Of a stretch of 64,000 nucleotides of DNA, positions 13,357 to 24,973 are shown one piece after another (the first letter of the stretch is position 1; each line of letters starts with the position of its first letter). The translations under genes were made by a program, and so were the position numbers. Origin of the DNA: Eremomyces bilateralis CBS 781.70 (Eukaryota); assembly GCA_010015585.1 (NCBI GenBank), contig ML975158.1; one strand, written 5' to 3'. The notes beneath the pieces were generated by a model. It saw only the letters and a list, made by a program, of their open reading frames with translations. It was not told where the DNA came from and made no database searches.

Positions 13357-15040
13357 TGGCTACACATTTACCATATAATCGTATAATATTAAAATGCAGA
13401 GAGTGGCGTTCGGAGGAAGCTCTGGCTTCCATAAGGCACTAATACACGGGGCCTATATGACTACGTCTCTCGAGATAAGAATACAATCACTATCAGACTC
13501 TGAGTTAGCCTTAATGCCAACGGCTGTCAACCATGCACGCTAAAATAGCTTTTCCACTGCATTTTCGGAAATACGGTATACGGCTAAGCAACATCAGTCA
13601 TAGAACAATTGCTCCGCTTTCCAACCCGTCAGGTCGCTTTCACGGCAGCAGTGTTGCACTGCATTATCAATCCCCTATTCTGCTAACTCTCCGTTCCGCA
13701 TTACGCCAGAAGACCCAGGCCCTCTCCCGTTACCTAATAAATATTGCCATCGCGAATCAATTCTGTAGTCAAAACCCGTTTCCGCATCCCGCATCGTCCA
13801 ACCCGATATACGTGGAGCAAGGACTCGACGACCTCAATCATAGACTGGCGACCTGGGCGGCCGGCGCTGTACCTCCCTAAGCCAGCCGTCCGCCATTCCG
13901 AACTAGAAGTGTCGTTGTATTCTATCGTTTTTAAAACAGCCACTCGAAATCTTTTGCATGATCCCTTGAGATGATCGAAAATAGCTCCAAGCCACAGCCG
14001 TCTTCGTGGGCGCCTACGAGCTCGATACGGAGTTTTGGGTGCCGATCCGGGGTGATCGGTCCCGGGATCAAAACCGCTCGAATCCGCTCCACAGCCCAAG
14101 CCGCAAACGGCAAATAGTTTTTCTACCGGTTTTACCCCCTTTTCGACCTGTTGCATTCCGCGTCGATCAGACAACGTTGCAACGTGCAAGCCTCCTAAGT
14201 CCTAACTTTCTGAGTGCGCGACTGGAATCCGTTCCCTGCATTCGATCGCAGTGTTCCAGATCATTCTACATTCCACATCGCGTCCCCGAAAATAATCTCG
14301 GAGAAATGCCCTAGGATAGGCGAGTCTGGTGAAACGAGGCGACGATTTCGCCCTTTTCCTAATCAGCACCTCCCTATCGTGCCAAATGGTTCTTGTTTGC
14401 AGCACTTGTCAGTTGTCACAGGTCACCCGTCTTGCTGGTTCCATTGAGTCGTAGGCTTCCGGCTTACTTCACAAGATCGGTTGGCCGTGGCAAGTCTCGG
14501 AGCTGTACGTTGCCAATATTTCCCTGCATGCATGTCAAATCCAATCGTTTCGCGTTCCTTCACCAGCTCTGTTTACGACCACGGACGGCGTTCGCATTTG
14601 AAAATTTCATGTGAGCTAGTTGATGCTATCAAGTACGGTATGCACCTGAAGCCATCGGATCGCGAATGTTTCCCACGATCAGGTAGCGGTCGAGGTGCCA
14701 CGTCATTTGCGTTTTTGGGTGCCAGATTCTAAGATTCTACTGCTCGGAATATTTGGATTTGGCCCCCAAGGCCATTTCACTTCTCCTCCTGCGGCTCTGG
14801 GAGCAGTGCGATTTGAATCATTCCGGCCCTTCCTCGGAATCATTCCGCAGCACCAAACCAAGCTTCATGCTATACCTTCCTTTGAGCTGGAATAACTTAG
14901 CGGATCCTCAGAAAAAAAATTCGAGCTCAAAGTCAAGACTCTGCAGTTGGATATACACAGCATCCGCTTGTTTTGTTGATGATCGCTGACCGTTTCGGCT
15001 CACCAGGTACGTTTTCGATGAAGCTTGGAAGATAGACATA

Positions 15041-16121
15041 ATGGCCCGTCCACTCTCCGCCTCTATGGCCTTCGACGAAGCAATGGCGAAACCAAATACT
15101 GGTCATCAATCCTGGTGGAGTGGGCAATCCCGTCGCAAGAAAGTCTTGCTGCTCCTAACCATCCTAATTATCATCCTTGGCCTTGCTCTAGGACTTGGTT
15201 TAGGCCTCACAATCGGCCGTGAAGGCGGTGAGGAAGAGGAGGAACAACCTCCTACGACCATTCCCCCAGGGACAAATGGCACGACTTGGCAGCCAGCGGT
15301 GAACAGTACCTGGCAGATTGCACTACTTCATCCTTTGGACTTGTCGGACGGCGTCGAATCGTTACGTCCCGACGTCGGTATATATGACATTGACTTGTTC
15401 ACGAATCCTCCGAGTACTATCCAGGCACTACATCGGGCTGGCAAGCGGGTGATCTGCTATTTCAGCGCTGGATCTTATGAGGATTTCAGACCGGATAGCT
15501 CACAGTTCAAGAAGGATGATCTGGGTAAAGAATTGGACGGCTGGCCAGGCGAAAGGTGGTTGAATCTAAGATCTGAGACTGTATGGAAGATCATCGAAGC
15601 GCGGATGAGGATGGCGAGAGAAAAAGGATGCGATGCAGTTGACCCTGACAATGTTGATGGCTATGTAAATCATTCCCCTCTATGATTCTTCAAAATGATG
15701 GTACGCTAACCTCCAACTCCAGCAAAACGACAACGGCGTCTCATTAACCCAAGCCGACTCCGAGCGATTCATGCTCCGCCTCTCCTCACTTGCTTCCAAC
15801 CTTTCCATGTCAATTGGGCTCAAGAACGCCGCTGACCTGATTCCTTCCCTCATTAGCCGCACGCAATTTTCCGTCAATGAGCAATGCGTTCAATTTTCCG
15901 AATGCTCCAGTTTCTCACCGTATATCAGTGCTGGCAAGCCGGTCTTCCACATCGAGTACCCACATAATGCGCCCCAGATCGCCAGCAACGACACCTTCTG
16001 CAGAGACTCTGGACAAGGCGAAGGGTCTGAATTGTTCAGTACTGTATTGAAGGATATGGATCTAGACGGGTACGTCCAGTTTTGCAATGGGCAAACAGCC
16101 AATACTACGCTATCGTTGTGA
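15041..16121 (+). CDS. ega3: GH114 endo-alpha-1,4-galactosaminidase, type II membrane anchored
   Basis: N-terminal TM segment (VLLLLTILIIILGLALGLGLGL). Motifs ICYFSAGSYE, GWPGERWL, DAVDPDNVDGY, IGLKN and VNEQC. One intron, 15665-15722. Confidence 0.92.
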
Positions 16122-19100
16122 TTTTGACTTTGGCTTTTGCCGACCAATGGTGAGCTATGAGAGGCCTTTTGTTTGCATTTCAGCTCATCAATTGTAATAT
16201 CAGCGATTCACTACCTAGTTTCCCATTCTGTGTTACAATTGCATGCACTGGTGCTGGTGAGATAACATTTTGAGGAAGAAAGTCCCGGCTATGGTTATTA
16301 GAGGATCAACAGTGAAGGCGGATTCAAAACCAGTCTGTAGCTAATCGAGATAATGTTCTAAATATCGAACTGTTACACTCGTTCTGGCCTTCTTTAATAC
16401 ACTGGTTAGGTGTATTGGCAGATACTCTTATCATTTGTCTTCCTGTAGGATTCCTCATGTCTTTTTCCCAAGGTTACTTCATATAGTCCTTCGCATTTCG
16501 GATGCCCTCTGTTCATATGCCATCTTCGGCAACGGTACACAACTTCTCTGCACACCGGCAACCTGACTCTCAGCTGGAGATCAAGTTTGGCTGGCCAGAA
16601 CATTGTACACGCGCCACATTGAGTCATCGGCCATCGCCGTCCTATTGCAGCCAATACTATTATAATTATAGCAAGCAGCCTGTGACCTGTCAATGGCTTC
16701 CACGACGTTGGTGGACAGTCTGATTTTGGATCTGTATAATGCAGACATTCCGAGCCGGCGCCAGCCCTACGGAGCTGCACTTCTCAGTAATCCAACTCCT
16801 GTCTATCGGAGTACACGCATAGTGTTCAGTGGGCTAACAAATCTGCAGTGCAGAGCAAAGATGTCGTGCTCGCTATTTCTAATCAAGTGATGTTGGAGGG
16901 TTAATACAGCTGCAGCACGATCATGCAAGATCAATAAATAGTTACGGCATGGGCCATGCCCATAACAAATAGGGGTTTGAAGATTCCAATGCCCTCATTT
17001 ATATTACAAGATTAAGCCCAGCGGAAATGTTTTAAAACCCGGTAACATCTAGTATCGTGGGCGAAGCTCGGAAAATTGATAGTATAGGCTAATATGCCCT
17101 GGCTGGCAAATCCCTGGCGGTTTTAATATACACAATGTAGTTCCTCAAAGTACAACTACTATACCCCGGCCCTAAAAAGCCGTTACCTGCCTTGTTCGCT
17201 TGAATATTCCCCAAATCTCCAAATGTTACCCCATATACCTTTCGATCGACGAGATAATTTTTGCGTCACTGGTGGCACTGGTGACCAACCCATAGCGCGA
17301 CAACAACATAATAACTCTCCTTGTGAGAACTCAAAAATTCGAACTTGCACTGAGGGGATATTTGGCTCTATCCATTATTGATAGCCCTTGGCGCTGTTCT
17401 AATTTGTTTTTGCCCGATATTGAGCTGCATCGGTGTCAAACCCTCCTCGGCTTCGTTGGAATAGTCGTATCTTACCGCCGCACATCGCAAACAATATGCA
17501 AGGCATACGCAAATTGCTCGTTCAGTTTCCGTACATCATGGCTTCTAGTCCAGATTTGGGCTACGTTGTTTGCAGGAATGAATCCACCAGTGTGACTAGG
17601 ATGCATGCGGCTCAACCAAGGCGGGTCCAGGCGGCGTCTCCCCAGACCAAACTTCTCTTGTCTTACCATTCTACCACAATCTCGGATGTAACGGATAGTT
17701 GAGACTGCGCCACGTATTGCTACCGTCAGGATACATGTACAAGTAACATTAACCCAAACGTCTATTGTGCCATAGAAATATTCCATCAGCTGCACGGACT
17801 GTGTGCAACTATTTTCATGATAGCAATTGCCATCTACCCCTATTGACTGTCGTACGCACCTTCACTGGTTCCACGACCCCTCTACCGCAACGAGAATAGT
17901 TTGTGTATCCAGTGCTCGCGCTGAAAATAACGGTGACGCTGACTGATGCCTGACAATGTTGTACAGGTATATACGTGACATTTCGAGATGTGCTACAACT
18001 GAAACGCCCTTTACCAAATTTACAACATGCTCCGTTGTAATACTTGCCTTGTCCATTGCCGAAGTAGTTTCGTCTCGACATTTATGAGGCTCCGCGGCTC
18101 CAGGGTAAGGTTCACGGCTAGACTACCTGCCACAGCAGAAAGCACCGAAAATCATAACCAAAGAGAGAAATGGAATGGGGCATGATGCTTAAAAGAACAG
18201 TTCTAGAACAATATCAAGATCAAGTATTATTGAGAGGATGGAAAATATGTGAGGGGGGGCTTCCTTAGGTGAATAGATGAAACTGACAACACACATCCCT
18301 CTTGTCAATATAGGTCCAGGCCCAAAACGTCTCAACTCAGCAGTAATAAGTCCGCTCTATGGCTAGTTTCTTCTGTCCAATGGGTTTTACAATCTCCGCG
18401 GAGCCGAACCCACTGAGAAAGAATTGGAATATACGGGGCTCGATCTAGCCTACAAATATGGTTTGTCACGGCTAGGATCAAGCTTGAATCGCAACTACCA
18501 GCCATGAAATCAGTCAGTCTTCCTAACATCCCCTAGGCCAATTTTCTGCTACAAAGGCCCTTGAAAGAATTGCTCCTCACAGAGGCGTGGGTTAGCACCA
18601 TTCAGTCCTCTTGTTATATAGGCATAGTCCGTTGGGTGGGCTAATTTACCTGAAACTTCGTCTTTTATCACGTGGAGGAAAGCTTCTAGAATACTATCGA
18701 CACCCAGGCATGTGGAACCAAGTCTGTTGACTATCTTTTCTAAGACTCAGAGAGAATTTGATAGATACTGGACAATGGAGAAATACTGTCTGAGTACCAA
18801 GTCCCTGGAGTATTCTTCGTGAGAATAATAGGAGCTTGATAGAAGCTGAAAAATGGAGAAGAACTCGAAGTACAGAATAAGCAAATAATTTGAAAGTTGG
18901 AGCTCAACGCGTCCAGCCACTCGGACACAGTGGGACTTCAGGTACCAAACCGGGAACCCATGGAATGGCAGCAGTGCCCGTCAGAGAAGAAAAATGGAAC
19001 GCTCGACAGCAGCAAGGTCTCTGCCTAAATTCTTCTGAATTCTCCACCGTCTTGAGATGCACGCGTGCAGTGGCAAACTGCTGCACGATGACTAGAATCT

Positions 19101-21644
19101 AAAATCTTGATAGTACACCGGAGCTTTTTCCGTGGATCATTCAAATTCTAGGCTTACTAGTTCCCGGGAGAACCGGAAAACTGGGACGGAAAGCTGGTAA
19201 GTATGGCACTCCGGTCCAGTTAATGGGTTTTCGATGAACCGGAAGTAACACTGCCTCCAAGCTCCTTCGCTTGAAGATCGAGGAGGGAGATGACACTTCG
19301 ATCTTGGTTCCAACGCATAGGAAGTGAAGTTTCCATTGCTGTTTTAGATGGGGCAGACTAGATTCGGATAGTAAGCAGCAACCAATTTCTCGATCGGGGA
19401 CCTAAGCTTATCGATCGCAGCAGTATTCGATTTGGTATCGTATGGAAGCTTGACTCTACTCACGTCTGGATGACGGTGAAGCGACTCGTCCATCTCTGAT
19501 TCTAATGGAGTTGCTGATGTCGGCATCTCGCTGACTAGCACATGTGGGGCAATTAACTTCACAATATTTGAGAATGCAGCAAAATTTCCGTTCATATTAA
19601 TATTGACCTTACCAGTGTATCGATCAGACTTTGCAACGTTGCAATAGGTGTGCGTCGCCTCGGCGTCGGTTGACCAGGGGCATTAGAATCGATTAGCCCT
19701 GGCCAATTATGATACAGGCCCACACATAAAATACCCCAATAATTGGTTTTATTCCAAACAGCGGATTAGTCAAAAGGGAGAACCCCGCATTGGGCTGAAA
19801 TCCCTGCCTTAACCCCATTCCCACTTCCCGGCCCTGCATTAGCGCCATGAACTACGGCAAACTAGCAAGGAGGTTAATTCGACAGGGCTCTCATCATTTC
19901 CTTGGGTTGCCGTTCAGCAAGAGACATTTTCTCGCTCCCTCTCCGCACTTCTCGTATGCCGGCGGTACCTCTTCGGTATAGACACATATTTATTATTCCA
20001 CGTATGGAGCTTGTCTTATTCTTAATATCGTGGTTCGTGTCTCGCTATCCGATGACCTAGCCTAATCGTACTTGGTGTCATCCCGTGTGTCCCGGATGAT
20101 CAACGACAGGTCCCTATGGCATTTCGCCCGTAAGACAGGTAGTATATTGAGTCCGTTGTCTCGCGTGCGGAGGCTGGTCTGAGACAAGAGTGGTGCTGCA
20201 TGTGCTCATCGGTTGGATGATGTGTGGGTGAGTGATCCGCGCATAATTTGTTGTGACGAGGCTTTCACCAGTCATTACCGGGATAGATTCAATAGTGGGC
20301 TGCCTGATATCCCCTTCGGAAAACAGGGATTTTGCTGAACATCTCAATCTTGGAACCTCGAAGATCCCACCATTTGATTAACTAGTGTATGAAATTTCTC
20401 CTTGCCTGGGCAGACAGCCATGCACGACAGAACCGATCTTGACGAGGCAATGAATTGGAAAGGTAAGGGATATGGAGTATGGATTGGCAGACATCCCGGA
20501 AGCTTCACCATCCACTAACCGGTTGACTTTCAGCCTTATATCCGTTCCGGGCCAGAGGTCGAACCCAGTTGTTGACGACTCCTGCCTGCCAACCTAAGAA
20601 TTCATGAATCTCGCTTGCCAATTCAACTAGGACTATGAAAGGTCAATGGGATTGATAGCAAACGATCTTCACATTACGTCTGGCAGCGATATTCTTTCCA
20701 GTCCGCAAGGAAGCTTAGTGCAGACCGGTTATTTTGAAGCATGGAAGAACTGGGATCTATAATCCCTGTTCCCGAGTGCGGGATCGAGGTTTTGTTCTTG
20801 GGTTGCTTGCTTAAAGTGGCATTATACACAGCTCGATCCCGATTCTACCAAATCTTGTCGTTGCTCTGTATCCAATCCGGAAGTGGTCGTAAACTTGCCT
20901 CTGCAGCGGTAGACACGGCTCTGCAAGACCGTTCACAACTCACGTTCATGCAGTTCACATTTCACGTTTCGGAGCCGTCCGAAGGTGGTAATAATACCCA
21001 CTAGATAATGCAACCGAGTCACTCAGTGTTGCATCAGATAGCTACCCTTCTGAATCCAGGTGCCTTGGGCTAGTCAACAGCTTTGTTATTCGCCTCTCTG
21101 TAGTTTGCCTCGTGCTGGATTGACACTGTCCAAGACTGCCCCATTCAATATCTCACTGACTATAGGTTATGGTTGCATTGATCTTCTTATGATAATAGCC
21201 ATACTATTTCGATTATGTGACCCTGGTGTGATGGAAACACAAGCTTTGAAGTTGGGCACAAATACATTCCCGAAGCCCCAGATTCGTAAGCTATAGGGTA
21301 ACCTTTGATGATGGTTCGCATCACGGCGAAATGGGTCGGATCACGCCGGAAAATTGAGACCACCTCCGCACGTTGACAGGTTCCGAGGTCTTAAGACTGA
21401 AACGACTGAAAATCTTCGAGAACAAATAAGAAGCCACAAAAGAATACTGTACGCCTCGTGTTCACATAGTAAGGCCCACTATTCGCACGAAAACATGTTA
21501 TGTATTCTATAAATAAAAACACCCAAAGTGAATCGGACAATATGCATACATCTCCTACATTGCAGACACGTGGGGTGACCCATTGATCCGATGCCCATCA
21601 AAGATGCCACGACATATCTCAGAAACCTCATGTGGAATGTGCCA

Positions 21645-23061
21645 TTAGACGTACTGAACAAACTCTAAGAATCGGGTGCTGAAGTTGTGGTAGTAATTCT
21701 CTCCAAGGTCAGTCAGGTAGAGCCAGCCAAATTTGACCTCCACCTCCTCGACAAACTGCTTCATCTCTTGAGGGCCCAGATCATCCGGGCATGTGTGGAC
21801 GATCGCCCCAATTCGCTCCCGGTCAAACAACAGTGTCGCAGGAGCGACCGTGTCGTTCGCACTTCGGGCGACGTAGACATCATACGTTTGTTCGAACAGA
21901 ACCGTCACATCCGCCGCGGCCGCAAAGCGAACATCCGGGATCGTTCCGGGATTGTGCACTAGAAAGAGAAGCCGGTTAGTACGAGGTGGACTAATGAAGA
22001 AATTGATGCAATACGGAGCGTGATTCCCGGTCCGAGTGACAGGGAAATTTCTAAAAACCTAAAGACAACGGAAAAGCAGAATGACGCGAGCATGCAATAC
22101 AGCCACATCCGGCGACAATATGAGGTAAGAATGCGTGCTTCCCAACGGCGCCCAACCGTGTCACCAGCAATGTGAATAAACGAGTGTTGAATTGCTGAGA
22201 CAGGGCGGCCCAGGGTTTAAGCGTCGCTTGGCAGTCCGGGGTGCAGGGGCTGGTGGGGCTCCGATTGATCGCTCGTGCTCCACAAATGGTAGGCCCATTT
22301 AGCAATTGAGTGCATGTAAAGTACGAACCCCTGCTAGCGCATTGTTCGAAATGACTTCAGACAAGCAAATGCAGTAGAAACGAGGTCTCGCCTTGACTCA
22401 CCAACAAGCCCACTTCCCAAGCCTACCGTATTCTTGATGTTGGTCTGGATCATTGGTAGATATGCACCGTTCGCGTCGGTGTACAGAGTTGGTGTCTCGT
22501 CCAGGAAAATTCCGCTCAGCTCCAGCGCGGGGTCCAATAAGGCCCAGTTGGCATATCTATCGATTTCTTGCATCACTGCTTCCAGGCTCTTCTTGCCATA
22601 CGTGGTGGCAACATAACCAATGGTGCGCACGTTGTCGAAGGTATTCAATGTGGCGATCTCCCGGGTGTAGTTGTAATCAGGCAGCGGTCCATCTCCTGGC
22701 CCGCTTGCCGGATTGATGACGACTGTAAACCGAACGGCAGGGTATGCGAGGATGCTACGAGAGAACGTGGTATGGTCAGCCACTCGCTCGCGTTTGAGCA
22801 CTTTGAGATATTGCAATTCAGGAACAAGAACCACCATGCTTACACTTGATGAAGTGGATTCCATGCACCCGAGGTAGGATAGATGTAGAGTGGGAGCAGG
22901 ATCTCAGACCTCGGCGACATAGTGAGCCAACCAACTGCGAATGTAGCCGGGATGGCAGCCCAGATTATTGCTGGAGCAAGCAAAAGTTGGACTGCTTGAA
23001 GTGTCCATCGAAGGAATTTGAATGATGATGTTCCTGAAGGCCTGGAGCGCACGAAGCGCAT
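21645..23061 (-). CDS. sph3: Spherulin-4 family (GH135) alpha-1,4-N-acetylgalactosaminidase
   Basis: Inferred exons 23061 (or 22920)-22844, 22754-22402 and 21958-21645. Motifs LPLYIYP, VINPASGPG, GYVAT, GIFLDETP, VHNPGT and VLFEQ. An in-frame hydrophobic stretch between the two candidate ATGs fits an N-terminal anchor. Confidence 0.9.
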
Positions 23062-23641
23062 CGATTCTGGTGGACCCACGTCGGTGGTTCTCTGCACCTA
23101 GCGGTTGGGACGGTAGCACAAAATCTATTGCGGCGACAATTCAGTCGATCCGGGTCGAGGTTGGAGTTCAGCTGTTCAACGATGGTGCGATGAGAGGCTT
23201 TTGACTTGTTTCCCTCAGGTGCTAAATTTACCACATAAAGTTGCAACCCTAGTACCTCGTCAGCCCAATATACTTCATCGCTGTTCCCGTGATGTGCCAA
23301 GGAGTCCGCCAGTATTAGATGTGGGATAATATTTGGCAGGGATAACGCCCAACCGTTCATACCATTCCCCTATACGAACCCCACCACCACAAGGGAGACT
23401 GTTTGACTGAATTCCCGAAGGAGCCGGTATGGCCACCGGTGGTCTAGGCGGGTAAATCTAGACAAGTACTATGCCAGCCACTCCGATGCCCTGCTGCGGA
23501 ACATTTCTGGTTTCGTCGTGAGATCGAGAGACAAATTTTCCGCTTAAGTGACGTGACGTCTCGACCGTATTTAAGATATAATCCGAAGTAGCCTTCGACG
23601 GCTTTGTCGATCCCTCGTCGACTAACTCTCGCTTATCACTC

Positions 23642-24973
23642 ATGGAGTTCTGTCTGTCGTCCAGGGCTTTGAGCCCCTCACGCTCGTTTTCATCCTTATC
23701 TTTCACCAACAGCTCGTCCGAGTCCATTGGCACGCCAGATACGCAGCGATCGGTGCTGTTCGACGATTTGACAGAGGATTCTTTTGACCTAACCGTCGTT
23801 GAGAACCCATATATCCTAGTTGTTGGCGGACTCGGATACATCGGGAGCCACACGACCCTGGAATTGTTGAAGGCATCATACAATGTGGTCGTAATCGACG
23901 ATCTGAGCAACTCTTTCTCGGCCGTCCTGGACCGGGTCATCCTGTTGGCTTCCGAATATTGCAAGAGCGACAACAAGCCATTGCCCTCAGTAGACTTCCA
24001 TGAGGTCGACTATAAGGATTCCTCGGCCATCCGCGCCATTCTCAGCAAATACGACATCAGCGAGTCCATTAGCAAAAACTCGGTGGCGCCAAGAAGCTCC
24101 AGAATAGCGGGCGTAATCCACTTTGCCGCTTTCAAATCGGTCGAAGAGTCGATTGAAAAGCCACTTCCATATTACAGGAACAATGTTTGTGGCTTGGTCG
24201 ATTTTCTCGATGTTTTGCAAGAATTTGGGATCAAAAACTTCGTCTTCTCCTCATCTGCAACGGTGTATGGGTCCAAAGCCAATAGTGGCGTTCCACTGAG
24301 TGAAGAGCACATGGTGCATCATCCGGAATCGTACTTCGACTCTCGAGGAGACGTGCAATTCGCCGAGCCAGGTGTTTCGGGTATCACTTCGCCATACGGT
24401 CGGACCAAGTATATGTGCGAGGCCATCCTTGCCGACCTGGCACATTCCGACCCATCGTGGTCGATTACACTTTTGAGGTATTTCAATCCGGTCGGTTGCC
24501 ATGAATCCGGCCTTCTCGGAGAACACCCTCGACAGCGACCCACGAACCTGGTTCCTGTGGTAATCCGCGTCTTGACTGGACAACTGTCCGAGCTTAATGT
24601 CTACGGAACCGATTACGACACAGCCGATGGAACGGCTGTTCGCGACTTTATTCATGTGCAAGACCTTGCTTGCGGTCACATCGCTGCTCTTGATGCTGCT
24701 GCCAGAGGTACCATCAAAGGATTTCGAGCGTACAACCTCGGAACTGGCAGAGGGCACACAGTCCGTGAAGTCGTGATGAGCCTAGAAAAGGCATCAAACC
24801 AGGGAATTCCTGCCCGAGAAGTTGGTCGTCGGAAGGGTGATGTCGGGTTCTGTGTTGCTGCCGTCGACCGCGCGGAGACTGAACTGAACTGGAAAGCGGA
24901 GAAAACGCTCGAGGATTGTGCTCGGGACGTGTGGAGATACACAGAGCTCTCACAGGTGATGGAGTCGACATGA
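23642..24973 (+). CDS. uge3: UDP-glucose/UDP-GlcNAc 4-epimerase
   Basis: Intronless 443 aa ORF with GGLGYIGSH Rossmann motif, FSSSATVYG, YGRTK (YxxxK), LRYFNPVG and RDFIHV. Ser-rich N-terminal extension. Divergent from sph3. Confidence 0.93.
   Translation: MEFCLSSRALSPSRSFSSLSFTNSSSESIGTPDTQRSVLFDDLTEDSFDLTVVENPYILVVGGLGYIGSHTTLELLKASYNVVVIDDLSNSFSAVLDRVILLASEYCKSDNKPLPSVDFHEVDYKDSSAIRAILSKYDISESISKNSVAPRSSRIAGVIHFAAFKSVEESIEKPLPYYRNNVCGLVDFLDVLQEFGIKNFVFSSSATVYGSKANSGVPLSEEHMVHHPESYFDSRGDVQFAEPGVSGITSPYGRTKYMCEAILADLAHSDPSWSITLLRYFNPVGCHESGLLGEHPRQRPTNLVPVVIRVLTGQLSELNVYGTDYDTADGTAVRDFIHVQDLACGHIAALDAAARGTIKGFRAYNLGTGRGHTVREVVMSLEKASNQGIPAREVGRRKGDVGFCVAAVDRAETELNWKAEKTLEDCARDVWRYTELSQVMEST

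Noticed and set aside
23549..23560. Tandem TGACGT (CRE/ATF-like) in the sph3/uge3 promoter
   Set aside because: A short motif at a single location cannot be distinguished from chance without conservation data.
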